Assembly (NCBI GenBank): GCA_965287045.1
Contig: OZ336890.1
Span: 13,764,001 to 13,828,000 of the forward strand
Direction: 5' to 3'
Source of the DNA: Carcharhinus amblyrhynchos
Taxonomy: Eukaryota
DNA: 64,000 nt
Under the pieces are notes generated by a model. It ran no database searches. It was not told where the DNA came from and saw only the letters and a program-made list of their open reading frames with translations. Positions 13,300-26,455 of this stretch are shown one piece after another (the first letter of the stretch is position 1; the number at the start of each line of letters is the position of its first letter). The position numbers and the translations under genes are program-made.

Positions 13300-14420
13300 G
13301 ACGTAGACATAAAAACATAAAAAAAGGAGGCCATTTGGCCATTTCAGCCTGTTCTGCCATTCACTATAATCATGGCTGATCACTCAACTCAATAGACTGA
13401 TCTCGTCTTTCTCCCCCCCCCCCCCCCGCCAATATCTTTTGATCCCCTATGTCCAAGTAATATATCTAACTGATTCTTAAAAACATACAATGTTTTGGCC
13501 TCAACTATTTCCCATGATAGCAAATTCCACAGGCTGATCACTCGCTGGATGAAGGAATTTTTCCTCATCTCTGTCCTAAATAGTCTATTCTGTATGCTTA
13601 GATTGTGACGCCTGGTTCTGGATACCCCATCATTGGAAACATTGTTTTTGCATCTACCCTTAAAATGTTGGTCATTGCCTATCCACCATCATCCCTTTAA
13701 GTAAGGTTTTCCAATCTACCAGAGCAAACTCATGCCTCATATCATCATAGTTTCCTCCATTAAGATTCAGAACCCCAGTCTCAGACTCAACAACATACTC
13801 TCCATCTTGATGGAAAATTCTATCATTTTCATGGTCGTTCATCCCAAAGGTGTCACACATGACTAGATAGTCAATTATTCCTTTCTCATTACACAATACC
13901 CAGTCTAGAATGGTCTGCTTTCTAGTTGGTTCCTCAATATATTGGTCCAGAAAACCATCCAATGTATGCTCCAGGAATTTTTCCTCTACAGTACTGTGAC
14001 TAATTTGATTTGTCCAATCTACAGGCAGATTAAAAATCACCCATAGTCACAGAGGTCCCTTTATCGCTTGCATCTCTAACTTCCTGTTTGCCATTCCCAT
14101 CATCATGACAGTTTGACAGTATATGACGTTTTTTGCCCTATGGTGTTTCTTAGCTCTACCTGTGTAGATTCCACACTGTTGGAACTAGTATCTTTTCTCA
14201 GTATGATGTTATTTTCTTCCTTAACCAGCAATGCAAATCCACTGTTTTTTCCTTTTTGTCTGTCTTAAGTAGCGAATACCCCTGGTTGTTCAGTTCCCAT
14301 CCTTGGTCACCCTGCAGCTTTGTCTTCTAATCCCAACTATATCATAGCTGCTTACATCTATTTGTGCAATTAATTCATCTACTCTATTGCGAATACACCG
14401 TGCCTTTAGGCACAAAGTCT
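13300..14420 (-). mobile_element. CR1 LINE remnant with internal deletion
   Basis: Endonuclease-region ORF 13672-14040 (FNLP.DW…FLDQYIEEPTR…ILDWVLCN) joined at ~13660 directly to the CR1 3' end. Confidence 0.75.
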
Positions 14421-15379
14421 TTACGCTAGTCTTTTGGTCACTGGTCCTGTTCCCACTATTTTTAATTGAGGCCCAGTTTGAATCTGGTATCTCTGCCTAG
14501 CACTTGTCCTTAATCCCCACTCCTCTGATTCCCATTCCCCTGCCATATGGTGACTAAAGTTTCTATTCTTCACCAGTTTATTGAAAACAATCTTCATCTT
14601 AGGTAAAGCAGAAGTGGGCATGAAAGAAACTGCTGAAAGTTGCCATTTCACAGTCAACTGCTAAAATAATCCAACACCGTTCCAGTTGAAGTACATAAAT
14701 AAGGAAAAGCAGCAGCAAATGCTGGAGTTTTGATGTGGACAAAACATAATTAAGGAACATGAACAAATCTTTTCTATTTATAAGATACTGGGGCCGATTC
14801 TCCCAAAAAAAATTCTAAGTGTCGAATTAATGTAAAAACTGGGGTAAATCCCATTGGTTGTTTCAGCAGAAGTCAAAAATAAATCTCCCATGCTGTCCAG
14901 CCCCACAAACCCCAAATCACCACCCCCAACAGCCCAACCGCTGACCTCCCCCCCCCCCCCCACCCCCAAACATGCCCGGGCCAGCCTTGACACCCTCCAC
15001 TGCAGTCCTAATGTCTGGATTCCCCCCATCCCCAATAGCAGCCTCAAATCACACCCCTCTCCAGAGAGGTCTTGATTTGCACCACCACCACCACCTTCCC
15101 CCCCGCCCCTTGACTCCAGTGGGATCAGGCCACCAGCTCTCAGAGGTGGGAGCTATACTAAACCTCGCTAAAGCAAAACACTCCTGGGAGGTGGAGACAG
15201 ATTGTTCTGTTAAATCATTCCCAGTAAAGCATACACCAATCATGAGCCTGACCTCTCTCGCACAAGCATTCTCTAATTATATTGTAGGTAGTGGTAGGAG
15301 AAATGGAATATGGCACAACACCCAAAAAGATAAATGCTTATATTTTTCTCCCATTAATATGTCTCCTTTAAAGTATGTT

Positions 15380-15647
15380 ATGTTTATTTATTAGTGTCAC
15401 AAGTAGGCTTACTGCAATGAACTGCAATGTAAATCCTCTAGCTGCCACATTCTGGGTACACTGAGGGAGAATTGAGCATGGCCAATGCACCCAACCAACA
15501 CATCTTCTGGACTCCGGAGCACCTGAAGAAAACTCACACAGGCACAGGGAGAACTTGCAAACTCTGTACTGACAGTAACCCAAGCCATCGAGCCCAGGTC
15601 AGTGGCGCTGTGAGGCAGAAGTTCTAGCCATCGTGCCACTGTGCTGT
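15380..15647 (-). mobile_element. V-SINE, alternative-tail subfamily
   Basis: cagcacagtggcacgatgg head, gagtttgcaagttctcc core, aagcctacttgtgacactaataaataaac tail. Confidence 0.75.
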
Positions 15648-16084
15648 ATAAAAGTCTATCAAAACAGAGAACATGCACATCATTAAATCCATTTCAACAA
15701 TAATCAACTTTATCTGGGGGAAAAAAAATCTCATCCAGAATGCAGCATCATGTACATAAATGATATCAAAGTTAGAGCTGCGAGGTATAGCAATACCCTT
15801 GTCAATTTGGTTTTCATTCAACTATGAAACCAGCCAATATCAATGCCAGAGGGAATTCAGTTTACATTTAAATAGCAATAAGAAAACATAGAATATAGAA
15901 CACTTAAAGATTAGTCAAGATATTTGCTATACTATGTCTAATTAATAGATGAGGTACTGCAAAAATGTACTGAAGTTTGTATATTCAAACACTTCAAAAA
16001 TTAAAGTCTTTAACTGAAAATACAAAAACCTGCTTTAATTTAGGATAAGAACGTGACTCTCTCCAATGCTAGTTTTTGTGTTAT

Positions 16085-16875
16085 ATAAAAGTTTTTCAAT
16101 CACACTCTGCCTACCTACATTGGAAAGACCAAACGCAGACTGGGTGACCACTTTGCAGAACACCTTTGTTCCATCCACAAGTAGGATCCAGAATTTCCTC
16201 TGCTCACCATTTCAACACACCATCCTGCTTGCTTATCCACATGTCTGCCCTCGGCCTGTTGCAACGTTCCAGTGAAGCCCAACGCAAATGGAAGAACAGC
16301 ACCTCATCTTCCGATTAGACCCTTTATAGTCTTCAGACTTAACACCGAGTTCAACAACTTCAGAACATGAACTTCCTCCTCCACTCCATTTCCATTTATT
16401 TTATCACATTTCATTTATTTTTATATAGCCCATTATTACTACTTTATATTCTGATCATTTTTAATTTTCATTTCTTCCAATGTTTCTTTTGTCCACTTCT
16501 AAAATCTCACTTTCCATTTTGTTTTTCACCGCTCTACCCTCCACTTCCCACCCCAGCAGGGCCATCTGCCACATGTCTCAGGTTGTTCTTTGACACTCTG
16601 CACCTCTGTTTTGCCATTTTCACATTCCAATCTCTTAACGGGCGCTATTAGCGCCATTCTCAGCCTTCATCACCACCATTTACATTCCTTTGTCTTTTTG
16701 TCCATGACATTTTTTTGTCAATTACATTCCCCACCTCCCCAACCCTAAGTGTAAATCTCGTCCAATTTTTTGTCTTCAATTCTGACAAACTCATCCAGGC
16801 TCTAAACATTAGCTATATTCTCTCTCCATAGATGCTGTCAGACCTGAAATTTTCCAGCATTTTCTGCTTTTGTAA
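16085..16875 (+). mobile_element. Penelope-like element 3' remnant (GIY-YIG endonuclease region)
   Basis: YIGKTKRRLGDHFAEHL…HHFN…QRKWKNSTSSSD-like remnants, pyrimidine-rich UTR, terminal ctctccatagatgctg…ttccagcattttctg. Confidence 0.7.
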
Positions 16876-19800
16876 TTTTTTCAGTCCCTGTCCTGAACCT
16901 TCCATTTCCATCAAAAATACCAGACTCCCTTTCTCCACCTCATTCTTCATACTAGCTTGAACAGGAAGTATTGCATCATTCAGCCATAATGGCATCATAA
17001 TCAACCCTCATTCTTGACTCCAACATCTGCCACTCCCAAACCTTCACATGCCTACAGTGTCTGCTAGGGATACAGGGATATAGCATTTTGGAATAAAAAT
17101 CCTTGCTCCATCCATTTTTTCAGTCCAATTCTTTTCCCCTCATCTATTTGTAAAAGCCTGGTCATACTTAAATCAAGTGCAGCACTGAAATGCCATCTCA
17201 TCTAAGAGCAACAAGTTCAAAAGACTTCAATCTAACATTCCAGTCTGTATTCTTCATATAATTATAATTTAATCACTAGAAGCCAGTTTCATAAGTTAGT
17301 GTGAGGGATATCAAAGCAGATCAGAAATGGCTGCTCAGCCAGCTATCTATAGTGTATCAAGTCAAGTTGGATAATTCAAGGTGTTCTATGAAGCTCGCTT
17401 AATCTGTAACATTTTACATTGAATTTGGCTAGGATGAGCATGAGAGGTTTCATTTCAGACCCATGAGGAGCTTTATCAAAAACAAAAGTTTAATTAAGAA
17501 TATTGTTGACATGTATAGTAAGGCATTGAGCAAGAACTTTTAACAGTTACAAACAAGAAACAACAACCACAATAATGTATAACTCTTAAGGAACATCTCT
17601 AATGTGTTCCAACCAAAGCCAACATCCAACACACAAACCCTCCAAATTAGCACAATACAGCATAGCTCAATGCCCCCTTGTCACAGGAATCTAGCCACCT
17701 GGGTTGAATGCTTGTGAAGAAACTCAGAAGAGGTTGTAATCGAATGTTTCCCAAAACAGTTTCTTTAAGGCAGACAGCAATAACCCTCTCCTTTAGCTAA
17801 CTGATAATTGTTTTAGAATCAAACAAGAGAGAGAGAGACTGCTTCTCAGCTTGCTGCTAAACTACTTCAAAAAAAACACTCCCCAAAACAAAACTGAGGC
17901 GCCAAAGGAAAAAAACGCTACCATCTGACTGCCACAGCTTAGCTTCACCCATCCAATGAAATCACGGAAGCTATAAGTTGCATGACTTAAAAAAAATTCT
18001 TAAACTACACTCACGTTAGTAGTAACATCCAACCCTAATAAATTGGCAAGTTTGATGGGTGGAGTTTATCCAGAGCTCAACAATTAAGATTTTCATACTC
18101 AGTAATTAGAAGTCTTACTTTAAGATAAGTAAAGCACTTGGAAATTTAGTTGGTATGCAAGTGCATTGCTTATAATAAAATTGCACAAGTACTGTGATAT
18201 GTCAAAAAAACAAATATATACATTTACAACATATTAACATTGCACAGGAGTCTGATGTGCATCAAACAAATAAGGAATCTCATTCTAAATTAAGAAACTA
18301 CATAAGAAATGCACTATCGCCAGTACATGGACCAACAATATGTAACAGGCTGATAGCAAGAATATCCGAAATCTAATACCCAATAAAGCATTGTAGAAAA
18401 GTCCTCTCACCCATAAATTATACACAGAAAAGAAAGTTTCATTTGTGCTGGTGATGTATGAATCTAATCTATATCAGATCAGCACCATCTCTTCTTGCAG
18501 TTTGTGGAATTGCAATAATGGATTATGAATCAGGCACAGATCAGTCACAAAACAATAAATAAGTCATTGTTATTGATAGCATGTTTCAGAATATTGGATG
18601 GATAGGCAACATAAGGCAGTACACAACCTAGTTTCATAATGGGCTTCTTCAGTTTACAAGTTTCACCATTTTTATAAGCTTCTGAGGATTTTGCCATCAA
18701 CCTTCGGTGATGTGTGATTACAAAACAGTTTCATCATTATGCAACCAACAAAAATGAGTGCCAAAATTTCCCGGCAAAATGCAATACTAACTACTGGCAA
18801 CCTTGAAGGAAAAAGTGCATGGGATTGAGTAAACAAATAAATATCTAATCTATTTCTTTAGTATTATTTCCCTCCACCCTCTATGGCCAGCTAAGACTCA
18901 GCAACACATTACAACTGAATAATAGTGGAGGGAAAACTTGCATCATATTCCTTTTGCACACATTCTACTGAGCAATTGGAGAATCATTTTAAAAGTGGCT
19001 AAGAAATATATACCCTTCTCATTTGCTTATGGTGCAGGGCAAGTATGAAAGTGAGGAGTACATGTGTGAAAATGAGGAGGAAACTAATTAATCAAAGATC
19101 TTTCAAAATAATAAAGTTGCATTGAATTTAAAATACTACACATCTCACAATGATAACCACAGTAAATTATATGCTAGAATTAAGTATCTACAATCACAGT
19201 TCTGTTAAGAAACTAATGATTGAATAAGGTAACAGAACTGAAAAATTGGGCAGAATATTCCCTAGAGGCACTGGATTCCCACCCTCAGGATAAAAATGAA
19301 GGCCAGAAGACCACATGGTGCAGGAAACACTCAGTGCATTTCCCCAGAACAATCAACTTAAAGTCAGCAGACAGGGACATTGTCCAATTAAGGATGGTGG
19401 GTGGGCTCTCACGGTGAGTAGTAGTAGGTAATTGAGGAGTGGGAATTCAAAATGCAGACACCCTCTTTCCAACTTCAAGATTTTAAAAAAAGCTCTTCCA
19501 GCTGGACCACCCCTGACAGGATGGGTGGAAGGTGGAATCTCTCCACATGGTGGCCTTTCTTTGCTATTGCATCCAGATACACAGCCTCAAAGTTTGCTTA
19601 AACAGTCCCTCATTGCTTATGGGAGCCTGGAAAATCACAGTCAGTCTCCTTCAACTGACCTTTGAATTTCATCAGTCACCCCTGTGGAAACAGATCGCCA
19701 ACCACTCCCAACCTCCTTTGCATCTCTGGGGAAATGGCCTAAGGGGAGAATGGAGCAAAGAACCAGCATACAAGCAGATGGACACTATTTTAGCAGCTGT

Positions 19801-21044
19801 TGCCTCCAATCCCAGCCCATTAAGTTTGTTTCTCCCTCCACAGAAACTGCCAGATCTGCCAGGCACTTTTAACATCTTCTGTTTTTACTTATCCATATTA
19901 TTTTGCATTTGCATCTAACCTAATCCTATGATAACTCACACATCATTTACCCTGAACTCTGAAATGCACTCACCCCCAAGGACAGTGGTAAATCACATGC
20001 AAAATTTTCCAGGATGGTCACACAATATTTCTCTATTGTCTGACAAGATAATTAACTGAATTGAAAATACTTCAGTGCTAAATTTGCTGATGTTTGAATT
20101 GAAAACTATAATTTAGAGTCAGTCTCATAATACAACCAAAAAGTGTAAGTGTAAAAAAAACCAACTACCTTGTTTATTTCCAGCTGCAACCAAGAAAAAC
20201 GCTTGGAGCAATTTTAGCCTAACCCATTTGACAGCAAACTGACAATAATGTGCACAATACTGGTTTTTAACAGATCCACCCACCCTTCCCACATTTAAAT
20301 CACCATTGAAAATCAGACATTATTATTGGGTGGGGTTTAAAACCAACTTGCCACCTTTAAGTTGTCCACCCAATAACCAAAACCAATGAAATACTGCATT
20401 GTCAAAAGCAGACCTTAAAAATTATACATCAATTCAAGAAGTGAATCTGAACCTTTTGCAACAAAAGTTTAGAATTTCCAACAAATAAGTTTTAGAAATT
20501 ACATTAAGTTCTAAAAAGGCAGACTCCTACATGACAGGCAGCTTTTTCCATATTGTATTATGCAATTGCGTGCACACATTGCTCAGCATTAAGCTGCCTA
20601 TAAACAGGCATCATCATTCAGTACAGCTGGCAGGACAAACATCACTGCAAAGAGACAATATATTCAAAACATCCAGAAAACAATTCTGGAAATATTGTGC
20701 ATTTACATGATAGGGAAAGATGCATTATAAAATTGGCTTTATTAACACCAACATTTTTTTCCAATTATTGAATTTAACTGGAAAAACATACACTAACTTT
20801 TCTGAAAGTAATAAAACTGTAGTAAAACATTGGCATGTTTATCAAATTTACACCTGTGAGCCAATAATTCTATGCACTGAGTTAACTTGCTCAAAATCTA
20901 AATAGATACACAAAAGTCACAAATGATTTTTGGTATCCACTGGATTTTAATTGAAATGGTTCAAAGGCCATGTTTTAGATAATATTTGAAGTACACTATG
21001 TATGCAAATTTGTAAACACTTCACAATACCAAAATCAACTAGAC

Positions 21045-22230
21045 TCTTAGACCATAAGACATTGGAGCAGAATTAGGCCATTTGGCCCATCAAGTCTGCT
21101 CCACCATTCAATCATGGCCAATATTTTTCTCATCCCCATTTTCTTGCCTTTCCCCATAACTCCTAATCCCCTTATTAATCAAGAACCTATCTGTCTCTGT
21201 CCTAAAGAAATTCAATGACCTGGCCTCCATAGCCTTCTGCAGCGAAGAGTTCCACAGATACACCACTCTCTGGCTGAAGAAATTCCTCTTCACCTCTGTT
21301 TTAAAGGATCGTCCCTTTAGCCTGAGGCTGTGTCCTTCGGTTCTAGTTTTTCCTACCAGTGGAAACATCCACCCACATCCGCTCTATCCAAGCTTCACAG
21401 TATCCTGTAAGTTTCAATAAGATCCCTCTCATCCTTCTAAACTCCGAGTACAGACCCAGAGTCCTCATGCAACAAGCTCTTCATTCTAGGGATCATCCTT
21501 GTGAACCTCCTCTGCACCTTTTCCAAGGCCAACACATCCTTCCTTAGATACCAGGCCCAAAACTGCTCACAATATTCCAAATGGAGTCTGACTAGAACCT
21601 AATACAATCTCAAAAGTTCAGAAGCTTTTTCCCCAGGGTGGAAGAATCGATTACTAGGGGGCATAGGTTGAAGGTGCAAGGAAATATACAAGGCAGATTT
21701 TTTTTTTTACACAGAGTGCTGGGTGCCTGGAACTCATTGCTGGGGGAAATAGTGGAAATGGATATGGTAGTGGCTTTCAAGGGGCATCTTGACAAATACA
21801 TGAATAGGATGGGAACGGAGGGATATGGCCCCCAGAAGGGTAGGGAAATTTATTTAAGTTAGGCAGTATGGTTGGTGCAGGCTTGGAGGACTGAAGTGCC
21901 TGTTCCTGTGCTGTAATTTTCTTTGTTCATCCCTGCTCTTGTACTCTCTCTCTCAACATGAATGCTAACATTTCATTTGCCTTCCTAACTGCCGACTGAA
22001 TATGCACGTTAACCTTAAGAGAATCTTGAACAATGACTCCCAACTACCTTTGTGTTTCTGATTTCCTAAGCATTTTTCCCATTTAGAAAAGTCTTGCCTC
22101 CATTCCTCCTTCCAAAATGCATAACCTCACACTTTTCCACATTGTATTCCATCTGCCACTTCTTTGCACACTCTCCTAACCTGTCCAAGTCTTTCTGCAG
22201 CCCCTCTGCTTCCTCAATACTATCTGTCCC
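21045..22230 (-). mobile_element. CR1 LINE 3' portion with a nested opposite-strand CR1 3' fragment (~21610-21925, +)
   Basis: ORF 21108-21368 FPLVGKTRTEGHSL…NFFSQRVV; ORF 21638-21862 TRGHRLKV…AWNSL on +. Confidence 0.8.
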
Positions 22231-23029
22231 TCTCCATTTCTTTATAAAGTTTGTCTCTCTTGTGGGTCAAATCTAAAATACAATTAGGTCAGATTAAAAA
22301 CTATTTCTAACATCCTTCCACCAGGCTGTTAACCAGGCAGATAAATGATGTAACAATATAAATGTTATTCTGTGCTTCTGCAATGGTGCATCAGATTATG
22401 TGAGCCTCACCAGTGTGATTAAGATGTAATACCAATAGTTCTGACCTCATTACCAGCACCATGAATATGCAAAGATCCTCTTTAGATAGCAGAAAAATCA
22501 CTAATTACAATTAGTATTAACTGACCATTAGGCACAACAAATCTGGGAAACCCATCATACTCACAGGTATGGTGGCATCTCGCCTGCATCAGGATCTTTC
22601 AACTTGCTTTGCAGCAAAATAATGCACCAATATCAATTGTAACTGGGTGCTCCAGTTTCGTCCCACACCCCAAAGATGTGCTCTTAGGCTGATTGGTGTA
22701 ACAAACTGTCCCTGAATTAGTCTCCCCTCAATCTGGTTTCCAATGTGGAGTGCCATAAGCGTAGACAAAGGTCATGGGTGGAAGAGGGAACTCACAATGT
22801 TAAAATGGCAGCTCATTGAGCCGAAGGGCCTGTTTCCTGTGCTGTTCTTTGTAATCAGTTGATCATTGCTGTTTTCAAGTATTCAACAAATTGGCTGAAA
22901 AGAGACTTCAAATAATTCCAGTTGATGTGTTTTGTTGGCATTAAATAATTTGAAATATACAGTGCAGCTTTTCAAACTAGGGTCATTGAACCTAAAGGGC
23001 CGAGAGAGAGGTATTGGGGTCTCATGTTG

Positions 23030-24230
23030 AGTTCTCTGAAAATGTGATTAAACACATTGACGAAGGAAGAGTGGTAGATGTGTTTTATATGGACTTCAAG
23101 CAAGGTGTTTGATAAGGCCTCCCATGCAAGACTTCTTGAGAAAGTGAGAGGGCATGGGATCCAAGAGGCTGTTGCCTTGTGGATCCAGAACTGGCTTGCC
23201 CACAGAAAGCAGAGTGGTTGTAGATGGGTCTTTTTCTGCATGGTGGTCAGTCACCAGTGGAGTGCCTCAGGGATCTGTTCTGGGACCCTTGCTGTTTGTA
23301 ATTTTCATAAATGACCTGGATGAGGAAGTGAAGGGATGGGTTGGTAAGTTTGCTGACAACACGAAGGTTGGTAGTGTTGTGGATAGTTTGGAGGGATGTC
23401 AGAAGTTGCAGCATGACATAGGATGCAAGGCTGGGCAGAGAAGTGGCCGATGGACTTCAACCCGGATAAATGTGTAGTGGTCCATTTTGGCAGGTCAAAT
23501 GGGATGAAGGAGTATAATATCAAGGGTAAGATTCTTAGCAGTGTAGAGGATCAGAAGAACCTTGGGGTCCGGGTCCATAGGACTCTTAAATCAGCCTCGC
23601 AGGTAGAGGATGTGGTTAAGGCGGCGTATGGTGTACTGGCCTTCATCAATCGAGGAATTGAGTTTAGGAGTCAGGAGATAATGCTGCAGCTTTATAAGAC
23701 CCTAGTCAGACCCCTCTTGGAGTACTGTGCGCAGTTCTGGTCGTCTCATTACAGGAGGGATGTGGAAGCTATTGAAAGGGTGCAGAGGAGATTTACAAGG
23801 ATGTTGCCTGGATTGGGTGGCATGCCTTATGAGGACAGGTTGAGGGAGCTTGGTCTTTTCTCCTTGGAGAGACGAAGGATGAGAGGTGACCTGATAGAAG
23901 TGTATAAGATGTTGAGAGGTATAGATTGGGTGGATTCTGAGGCTTTTTCCCAGGGCTTAAATGGTTGCTATGAGAGGACACAGGTTTAATGTGCTAGGGA
24001 GTAGCTACAGAGGAGATATCAAGGGTAAGTTTTTCACTCAGAGGGTAGTGGGTGAGTGGAATCAGCTGCCGTCGGTAGTGACGGAGGCAAATTCGATTGG
24101 GTCTTTTAAGAGACTTCTGGATGCGTACATGGGACTTAATAAGATTGAGGGTTATAAGTAAGCCAAGTAGGTAGGGATATCATCGGAACAACTTGTGGGC
24201 CTGTTTGAGCTGTAGTTTTTCTATGGTCTA
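23030..24230 (+). mobile_element. 5'-truncated CR1 LINE, ORF2 RT and C-terminus, frameshifted
   Basis: SGVPQGSVLGPLLF.IFINDLD…KFADNTK; LYKTLVRPLLEYCAQFWS; RGDLIEVYK; CR1 tail. Confidence 0.92.
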
Positions 24231-25627
24231 CGTGAATCGATTCTTATACTACCTGCAAATCTAGAACTATTTCTCCATTCGGCTGTTCACAATTATGAGA
24301 CGAGAAATGGTCTCATACATTTGTAAATTTGGAATCCACAAAAAGCTTGAAAACAAATGGCTGGTGTAATTTTACTTGGATCTGAATTAGACTTTGGCCA
24401 GAAAGATGCTGGACAAGCTTTGAGCAAAGGTCTGAATTTATCATCACACTTTCATGACTTCAGGATGAGACAGAGCAACTCAGAACTAATAATGTTTAAG
24501 CTATAGTCATTATTGCCTGGAAAGAAAACATGGCAGCCAATTTGTGCACAGCAAGGCTCCACAACAGCACTATTGTTAAGACAAGAATCGAATTGTTATA
24601 ATGTTGGTTGAGAGATAAATATTACCCAGTATCAGAGGGAAGGCTTTGCAGATCTCCTTTAAATAGTTCCAGGAATCTTTTGCACCTACCCGAGAGGTAG
24701 GAACTCCTGGAAAGAGAAAAAGCTTTCCAACCTTAAATAGGTAACGCAATTCATCCAGGAATCCTCCCTTCCCCCAGTGCATATTACTGCAGTGGAAATT
24801 AGATTAACCTTTTTAAAAAGTTATTTTGTTGAAGGCTGTATGTATTCAGATGATCCCTGCACAGCAGCCACACTGGATACATTAGACAAAAACGAAAGCA
24901 CCATAGAAAAAAGATTGGGAAAGTGAAAGCTATTCCTTTCCCTAACACGGAGTTGAAAAATTAACCACCTGTACAAGATTCTCCTCTCCCCCCCCACCAG
25001 GTTAAAAATGAATATTCATTCTTCACAGAATATTACTATCCATTTACAAATTAACTCATGATATAATAACAACATTCTCACACTAATGTATTGACAGCAG
25101 AAAATTATAATGGGTTTGAATTGGCCATTGGATTGTCCACCTTGTTCTTCATCATCACAACATGCTTCAAAAATGAGTTAGAGGGCCAAATGCAGAATGT
25201 TCTGCACAGAACTATGATATTGAATTGTTTCAATGAATGCAAACACTACGAATGGAGCTCTGACTGAAACCTCCAATCATAAATGACCTTTAACAGGAAC
25301 ATCAGTCACAGAAGTAGTTTTATATATAAAGACACCAAATAAATAGACACTTTATTCAGTGGCAATTAGCATTATGGAAATTAGAGACAATATGCATTTT
25401 GTTTAATTGCCTACATCCATCTTTATCAATAGAAAATATACAACTGATCATTGAAAATAAAATAGTTCCACAATTCTGATATTCACTACTGTAAATTATA
25501 CATCTTTTTAGTCAACCATCCTAAGCTTAATGTTATTCCCCCCTTACTGCACCCTACAGAGAGACTTACAACTCAATAGGAAAATGAGGATGAGCTCGAA
25601 AGAAAAGTCATATACACTCAAAACATT

Positions 25628-26455
25628 GAGAGAAAAGGAGATGGCGGATCCTGTTGGATGGTTCCCTGAGCAGACTGTCAGTGTCATCTGGCAGAACGCC
25701 TCATCACCAGAACTGACAAACAAGCACCAAGATCTGGCTTGGCTGGTGGTGAGAAGGGCACTCCCCGTCAGATCCTTTATGCACGCTTGAGGTCTCAACA
25801 GCACTGCATGCTGCCCTCGAAGTGGCTGCAGGGCCGATGAGATGGTCGCCCACCTCCTTGTGGAATGTGCCTTTGCAAAGAAGGTCTGGAGTGAGATGCA
25901 GCAGTATTTGTCGAGGTTCGTCCCGAGCAGCTCGGTGACGCAGGACTCTGCTCTACGGGCTGTTTCCGGGGACGCACACCGAGACAAATATCAACTGCTG
26001 CTGGAAGGTCATCAACTCGGTGAAGGACGCACTTTGGTCCGCCTGAAACTTGCTGATCTTCCAGCTGAAAGAACTGTCCTCGACCAACTGTTGCAGACTG
26101 GCACATTCCAAGGTCCAGGACTACATGCTGAGGGACACACTGAAGCTTGGGGCAGCCGGCGCAAAGGCACAATGGGGAAAGGCCACACTATAAGGCCTTT
26201 TAACGGAGGCAGACCAAGGGCCCAGGAACTGCAGAATACCCTCGACCTGTGTAACTGTGTGCCAATCTGAGCAATAACGGCACACAGTAATTTATTGAGG
26301 CATGTATATAGTTTTAAGTACTGAAATGTAATGATCGTAATTCATATAAAAGTGCAAATATGCTTTGCTTCTGCACTGTTTGCAGTTCAAAGCCATGTAA
26401 ATTTGCAACAGTTTATTTGAAATTTTTTATGAAAAGTATAGTTTTGGAAAAAACC
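25628..26455 (+). mobile_element. 5'-truncated Tx1/L1-clade LINE (zf-RVT C-terminus) with 14-bp TSD
   Basis: WQNASSPELTNKHQDLAWLVVRRALP…CPRSGC..DE…HLLVEC.FAKKVW; A-rich end; acactcaaaacatt repeated at 25614-25627 and 26456-26469. Confidence 0.85.

Noticed and set aside
14778-15394. Pro/His-rich ORFs
   Set aside because: Produced by C-rich low-complexity sequence within a probable non-autonomous repeat
22556-22625. Possible small minus-strand exon with donor gtgagt (…KLKDPDAGEMPPYL)
   Set aside because: Weak acceptor and abuts a SINE fragment; not supportable
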